Part shown: positions 27,287 through 32,000 of the stretch, piece by piece
Layout of the letters: each line of letters starts with the position of its first letter
Numbering within the stretch: the stretch's first letter is position 1
Origin: Micromonospora sp. 067-2
Lineage (GTDB): Bacteria; Actinomycetota; Actinomycetes; Mycobacteriales; Micromonosporaceae
NCBI RefSeq assembly: GCF_046549295.1
Contig: NZ_JAJPWB010000014.1
Location: 135,495-167,494, forward strand
Reading direction: 5' to 3'
Length of the DNA: 32,000 bases
The notes under the pieces: model-generated
Database searches by the model: none
Told to the model about the DNA's origin: nothing
The model's input: only the letters and a program-made list of their open reading frames with translations
Program-made: the position numbers and the translations under genes

Positions 27287-27640
27287 TCACGTGTCGCAGA
27301 CGTGCGCCCCGTCGATCTTGTTGTCGTAGGCGGGCATGTCGACGCCAATGTTGCTGTTCCAGTCGAACGCAGTACTGCTGAAGAGCAGTCCCACCTATTT
27401 ACACCGTTCCAGTTATACAGGTAGGTGTTGGCCCCATGCGTCTGGTTGTTGACGTAGGCCGACACCTCGTCGTTCCACCTTCCCCCCGGGCGGGAATTTG
27501 ATCGCCCCCAGGTCCATGAACGCGCAGTCATCAAACCTGATCCTGTAACCGGAGATATAACCCGGGTCGGCCCACAGGCATAGGTACTTGTATTCGCACG
27601 TGTAAACCGAACCTCCGGCGGCCACGGACGCACGCTCAGC
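27287..27640 (-). pseudogene. Peptidase-inhibitor-I36-like (beta/gamma-crystallin-like) small secreted protein, frameshifted and lacking its 5' end
   Basis: Three frames carry consecutive pieces: SVYTCEYKYLCLWADPGYISGYRIRFDDCAFMDLG, then RWNDEVSAYVNNQTHGANTYLYNWNG, then FDWNSNIGVDMPAYDNKIDGAHVCDT*. The C..G..C.W....F.G......C...L.....N...S...N pattern recalls the I36 family. GC content is also lower here. Confidence 0.4.
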
Positions 27641-27649
27641 CGGCGTGAT

Positions 27650-27880
27650 TGCTCGATCCTGGCCGCGATCCGCGTTCCCCGCCTGGTCACCGCGAGGACC
27701 CACCGAACCGGGTGCTGGCCGACAAGGCGTACACGTCGACGGCCAACCGCCAGTATCTGCGCCGACGGGGCATCGCCGCGACGATCCAGAGCAAGACCGA
27801 CCAGGACGCACACCGGCGAGCCAAAAGATCCAAAGGCGGCCGGCCACCAGCCTTCGACCCGCACATTTCTCAGCAGGGGA
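27650..27880 (+). mobile_element. IS5-family transposase remnant (middle to C-terminal portion)
   Basis: ILAAIRVPRL is in one frame, followed in the next by RVLADKAYTSTANRQYLRRRGIAATIQSKTDQDAHRRAKRSKGGRPPAFDP. This is the conserved ADKAY...RRRGI...GGRPP.FD block of IS5-type DDE transposases. There is no N-terminal part, and the sequence decays after AFDP. Confidence 0.7.
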
Positions 27881-27934
27881 CGCGGCACGCGCAGACTCGG
27901 CGTATGCACCCTTTCCGACAGGCTGGTCTTTTCC

Positions 27935-28160
27935 GTGGCGACGTTCCTCTCCGGGATGCGCGACTTCTGCTTCCGACGACGTGGCCTCGTCGTCCTCCTG
28001 TGGATCATCGCGCTGGGCGGCATGGGTTTCGCCGTCTCCGCCCTCGACACGTTCTCGATGCCAGGCACGAAGTCGCAGCAGGCATTCGACCTACTGCAGG
28101 AAGCGATCAACGCTGCTGCGCCCAAGGCGTTCGTGACCATCGACGGCACCCCTGCTGTCC
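27935..28160 (+). pseudogene. MMPL-family transporter, 5' stub (~75 codons)
   Basis: The frame starts at a GTG and reads ATFLSGMRDFCFRRRGLVVLLWIIALGGMGFAVSALDTFSMPGTKSQQAFDLLQEA. This is the typical MMPL N-terminus: first TM helix followed by the F(S/T)xPGTESQ motif. MMPL proteins are 700-1000 aa, and nothing further is present here. Confidence 0.6.
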
Positions 28161-28346
28161 ATCGACCGCGGGTGCAAAGGCTGCCTGGTCAAAGTCCGAG
28201 TCGCCGCGCGCATCGCGCCAGATGGGCGCGGCGGATCAAGCCGCGGGTTCCCGAGACTGCCGCGCGTGGCAGTTGCCCGTCGGCTGAACGATCAGGTGGC
28301 GGCCGGAGAGAGCCGCGCTGTTTCAAAGCAGGCGCCAGGGCTGAGC

Positions 28347-28718
28347 TCAATTCAGCGGCGGCGCCCAGGTAGGGCGCCTGATCAGGCAGAATGGGTGGCC
28401 AGCGGGATCGGCGTACACGTGGTCGCCGGGCAACCGCCGCGCACCCAGCGCGAGCACTGCCTCACCCGCGGCCTCCTGGTCGTCCACCATCACGTCAAGG
28501 TGCATCTGCTGCGGCACGGTCGGGTCCGGCCAGGTAGACGGCTTTGAGTCGGTGGCGCGCTGAAACGCCAGCCCGGACGTCGCCGTGCTGGCCGACACGA
28601 CGACGAAGTCCTCGTCCGCGTAGGTGATCGGGTCGCCGAGCACTTCGCTCCAGAACCGCGCCCCGGCCATCGGATCAGGGCAGTCCACGATCAGATGGTG
28701 GAGCCGGCCGATAGGCAT
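28347..28718 (-). CDS. VOC (glyoxalase/bleomycin-resistance fold) family protein
   Basis: 123 aa reading RLHHLIVDCPDPMAGARFWSEVLG...GLAFQR........MHLDVMVDD.EAA...VLALGA.......VYADPAGHPFCL, a single VOC module. The ATG at 28718 is preferred (alternative at 28733). Confidence 0.8.
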   Translation of the reverse strand: MPIGRLHHLIVDCPDPMAGARFWSEVLGDPITYADEDFVVVSASTATSGLAFQRATDSKPSTWPDPTVPQQMHLDVMVDDQEAAGEAVLALGARRLPGDHVYADPAGHPFCLIRRPTWAPPLN

Positions 28719-29210
28719 CGCGATCACTTCCATCGTGGTCAGGCCCGTGCCAGCACGGTTGTGTGGCCGCTGCCGGCTGGTGGGCGGGTTCGTGTCTGGA
28801 CAATCTTCGTTCATCGTTGCCCAGATGGGGGTAGGAAGAACTGTCACTCGGGCGGACAGCGGCAGTGACCGGATGTTCGCGCCGATCGCCGCTAGATTCG
28901 TGCTCGTGGAGACCGAGGCGTGGCTCTGGATCAAGACCGATCGCGAGCCGCACGGCGGTGACCCTCGTGACGGCGACCTGCACCTGGTCGACTCGCCAAG
29001 GTGCCACGTTCGCGGCCACTCGGTCGAGACAGCACCGTTGCCCTCAATGGTCTGCATCACGAGGCACGACTCGTTGTCGTCACATGCCCGAGAATCTGCC
29101 GCGACAGTCGGCTGCGTTCCCAGCCGAGTAGTTCGCCACCTCGTGTTCATGCAGGCTGCCATCGCCAAGCTCAACGAGCCGGGTCAGGATCACGAGGTCC
29201 GCCCGGACTT

Positions 29211-29516
29211 CCGTGCTGTTGTACGCGCTGGTTGAGAACGTGATAGAGAAGCCCGACGGCATCGCCATCTCGGGGCTGTTCATCGCCGGTATCGTCACCG
29301 TCTCCCTCGTCTCCTGGATCGTCCGCACCACGGAGCTGTGCGCTGGGCGCATCGAGTTCGACGACATTGCCCGGCGGTTCATCGTCGACTCCTTCGCCCA
29401 CCACTGTCAGCTGCACCTGATCGCCAACAAGCGTCAGAGCGGCGTCGCCAAGGCGTACCGGCTCAAGGAACGCGCGCAGCGCGGCATCGACCCCGTCCCG
29501 GGCGCCTTAGACGTGC
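29211..29516 (+). pseudogene. Internal fragment copy (~100 codons) of the permease gene at 19239-21314
   Basis: The DNA aligns base for base with 20686-20991 at roughly 88-90% identity. The peptide [41 protein letters not shown]...[32 protein letters not shown] compares with [41 protein letters not shown]... Flanking sequence on both sides is unrelated. Confidence 0.85.
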
Positions 29517-29721
29517 GGGCTGCTCTCCTGCAACGTCGGATCGCGCGCCTCTGGATGCGTCGCGTCGGCGACGGTGGCGGCCGAGCGGCGGCCAGTGCCG
29601 GTGGCCTGACACGCTGCTGCGTCCGCGTCCGCGGGCTGATGACGTGCGGGCGATCGATGGACTCACACCCCTCAGTTGACATTGGTGTCAGCTTCAAGTG
29701 CCAGGCGTGTGAGGTGAAGGA

Positions 29722-30102
29722 ATGCGAATAGGTGATCTGTCCGAGCGCACTGGCGTCAGCGAGCGGTCGCTGCGCTACTACGAGCAGCAGGGGCTTCTGA
29801 AAGCCGGGCGAACCCCCGGCGGTCATCGCGAATATCGCGAGAACGCGGTCGACCGGGTCATCCGTATCCAGGAGCTCTTCGCCGCAGGGCTACGCAGCGC
29901 GAAGATCGCGCAGTTGCTTCCCTGCATGCGGGATTCAGACGGCGGACCGTCCACAATCGCCACACCGCAGCTGGTCACCGACCTGACCACGGAACGAGCC
30001 CGTGTCAATCGGATGATCATCGACCTTCTCCGGTCGCGAGAGGTCTTGGACGAAGTGATCGAGGCGGCTTCGGGCCGACACGAGTCCACCACCACGCCTT
30101 GA
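29722..30102 (+). CDS. MerR-family transcriptional regulator
   Basis: MRIGDLSERTGVSERSLRYYEQQGLL is the MerR helix-turn-helix signature. The ORF is 126 aa, with GAAGGA 3 nt upstream of the ATG. Confidence 0.9.
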   Translation: MRIGDLSERTGVSERSLRYYEQQGLLKAGRTPGGHREYRENAVDRVIRIQELFAAGLRSAKIAQLLPCMRDSDGGPSTIATPQLVTDLTTERARVNRMIIDLLRSREVLDEVIEAASGRHESTTTP

Positions 30103-30237
30103 CCATCGGCAACCGCGAGCACTGGACGGTCCAGCCGAGGTAGCTGTCCAACCTGCAACAGTTGCTTCTGAACGCTGCAGCCGAACCGACCGGAGCCCTG
30201 GCCAGCTGCCAGAGGTGAGCGAGATCGGGTCTGTCGA

Positions 30238-30705
<468 letters not shown>

Positions 30706-30733
30706 GTCAACCTACCCCAGTAGTGAGGACCCC

Positions 30734-31777
30734 GTGCGCGCTACCGTCATCCATGGGCCGAACGACATCCGGGTCGAACAGGTGCCCGACGCGACCCTGC
30801 GTCATCCCACCGACGCCGTGGTGCGCGTGGTGCTTGCCTGCATCTGCGGTAGCGACCTCTGGGCCTACCGCGGCGTGGCCACGCGGCAGTCCGGCCAGCG
30901 CATCGGTCACGAGTTCCTCGGGGTTGTGGAGGAGGTCGGCGTCGAGGTCACCTCGGTCCGCCGCGGCGACCTGGTGGTGGCTCCGTTCGTCTGGTCCGAC
31001 GGCACCTGCGATTTCTGCCGCGAGGGTCTGCACACCTCCTGCCCGCACGGCGGGTTCTGGGGTGAGCCTGGCTCGGACGGCGGGCAGGGTGAGGCGGTGC
31101 GCGTGCCGTACGCCGACGGAACGCTGGTCGCACTGCCGGCCGAGGCTGCCGGGGACGACCGGTTGCTGACCGCTCTGCTGGCGCTCTCCGACGTGCTGGC
31201 CACCGGACACCACGCGGCCCTGGCCGCCGGGGTCCGCCCAGGTGCCACCGTCGCGGTGGTCGGCGACGGCGCGGTGGGCCTGTGTGGGGTGCTCGCTGCT
31301 CGTCGCCTTGGTGCCGATCAGATCATCGCGTTGGGTCGGCACACTGTTCGCACCGACATCGCGCGGGCTTTCGGGGCCACCGATGTGGTGCCCGAGCGCG
31401 GTGACGCGGCGATCGCCGCGGTGCGGGAGTTGACCAAGGGGCAGGGCGCGCACGCGGTGCTGGAGGCGGTGGGAACCGAGGAGTCGATGCGTACCGCGAT
31501 CTCCATCGCCCGTGACGGCGGCGCGGTTGGTTATGTCGGCGTGCCGCACGGTGGCAGCGCCGGGGTGGATATCCGGCAGATGTTTAACCGAAACGTCCGC
31601 GTCGGCGGAGGCGTCGCCCCGGCGCGCGCGTACCTGCCGGAACTGCTCGCCGACGTGTTGGTTGGCCGGATCGACCCGTCTCCGATCTTCGACCGCTCCG
31701 TCTCCCTTGATGAGGTCCCGGACGGATACCGCGCGATGGACGACCGCAGCGCGGTCAAGATCCGAATCACCTTCTGA
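30734..31777 (+). CDS. Zn-dependent alcohol dehydrogenase (MDR family)
   Basis: 347 aa with GHEFLGVVEEVG, CDFCREGLHTSC and Rossmann VAVVGDGAVG. It has a GTG start with GTGAGGA 5 nt upstream. Confidence 0.9.
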   Translation: MRATVIHGPNDIRVEQVPDATLRHPTDAVVRVVLACICGSDLWAYRGVATRQSGQRIGHEFLGVVEEVGVEVTSVRRGDLVVAPFVWSDGTCDFCREGLHTSCPHGGFWGEPGSDGGQGEAVRVPYADGTLVALPAEAAGDDRLLTALLALSDVLATGHHAALAAGVRPGATVAVVGDGAVGLCGVLAARRLGADQIIALGRHTVRTDIARAFGATDVVPERGDAAIAAVRELTKGQGAHAVLEAVGTEESMRTAISIARDGGAVGYVGVPHGGSAGVDIRQMFNRNVRVGGGVAPARAYLPELLADVLVGRIDPSPIFDRSVSLDEVPDGYRAMDDRSAVKIRITF

Positions 31778-32000
31778 CGCCTCCATGCGGATCCGCCGAC
31801 GTCGGCACCGATAGATTCACCGTGCGCTTAGCGGTCGTGTCCTCCCGGTGATGGCTAAGGACCTCCAGCAGGAGATCCGTTCGGGCCTGTGGTGGTGGGT
31901 GGTTCGCCCGTAGACAGCGAGCAGCCACTGCTGAGTCTCACGGGTTGTGTGGACCTCAAGAGATGCGGCGGTGGCTGCCGCTACAGAGTAGACGTTCAGA

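Noticed and set aside
27067-28149. 360-aa ORF on the minus strand.
   Set aside because: It is a composite: part is one of the three frames of the I36-like remnant, and the rest is antisense to the IS5 remnant and the MMPL stub.
28734-29210. Coding-like third-position bias in shifting frames upstream of the VOC gene (for example …DLVILTRLVELGDGSLHEHEVANYSAGN…).
   Set aside because: No continuous ORF with a plausible start and no recognisable family. The 152-codon N-terminal extension of the VOC ORF in the track looks non-coding.
29676-29690. A TTGACA -35-like hexamer overlapping a TGACA-N4-TGTCA dyad, 32-46 bp upstream of the MerR gene.
   Set aside because: A 5-bp dyad is too short to distinguish from chance, and I could not find a convincing -10 element at MerR-type spacing.

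Overview
High-GC (about 70% by eye) actinomycete-type DNA. All family calls below come from recognising motifs by eye in the supplied translations; no database search was run. The window is an accessory, heavily decayed region. About 20 apparently intact genes are present: a FUSC-type exporter, a formaldehyde-dehydrogenase-like Zn-ADH, an aldo/keto reductase, two permeases, DUF1232, a padR-DUF1048-ABC efflux operon, a cyclase-family protein, a VOC protein, a MerR regulator and a second Zn-ADH. These are interspersed with one apparently intact IS5-family (IS427-group-like) insertion sequence and at least four further IS remnants (IS256-like, IS110-like, two IS5-like). There are also roughly ten broken genes: a frameshifted Zn-ADH, a truncated MRJP/yellow-like gene, a degraded histidine kinase and response regulator, a truncated and frameshifted NhaA, an I36-like inhibitor, an MMPL 5' stub and a 306-bp copy of part of the large permease gene. 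Two loci stand out as possible undescribed biology. (i) A ~1.4 kb low-GC (~50%) island at 9.25-10.66 kb encodes an orphan protein of about 434 aa, now split by a 10-nt near-duplication, and it abuts the IS. (ii) Directly across the IS, at 11.9-15.9 kb, lies a tightly coupled gene pair: an Hsp70/actin-fold ATPase fused to a multi-helix membrane domain, followed by a membrane-anchored SARP-type (winged-helix + BTAD) regulator. This pair has IS sequence on both flanks. No rRNA, tRNA or CRISPR array was seen.
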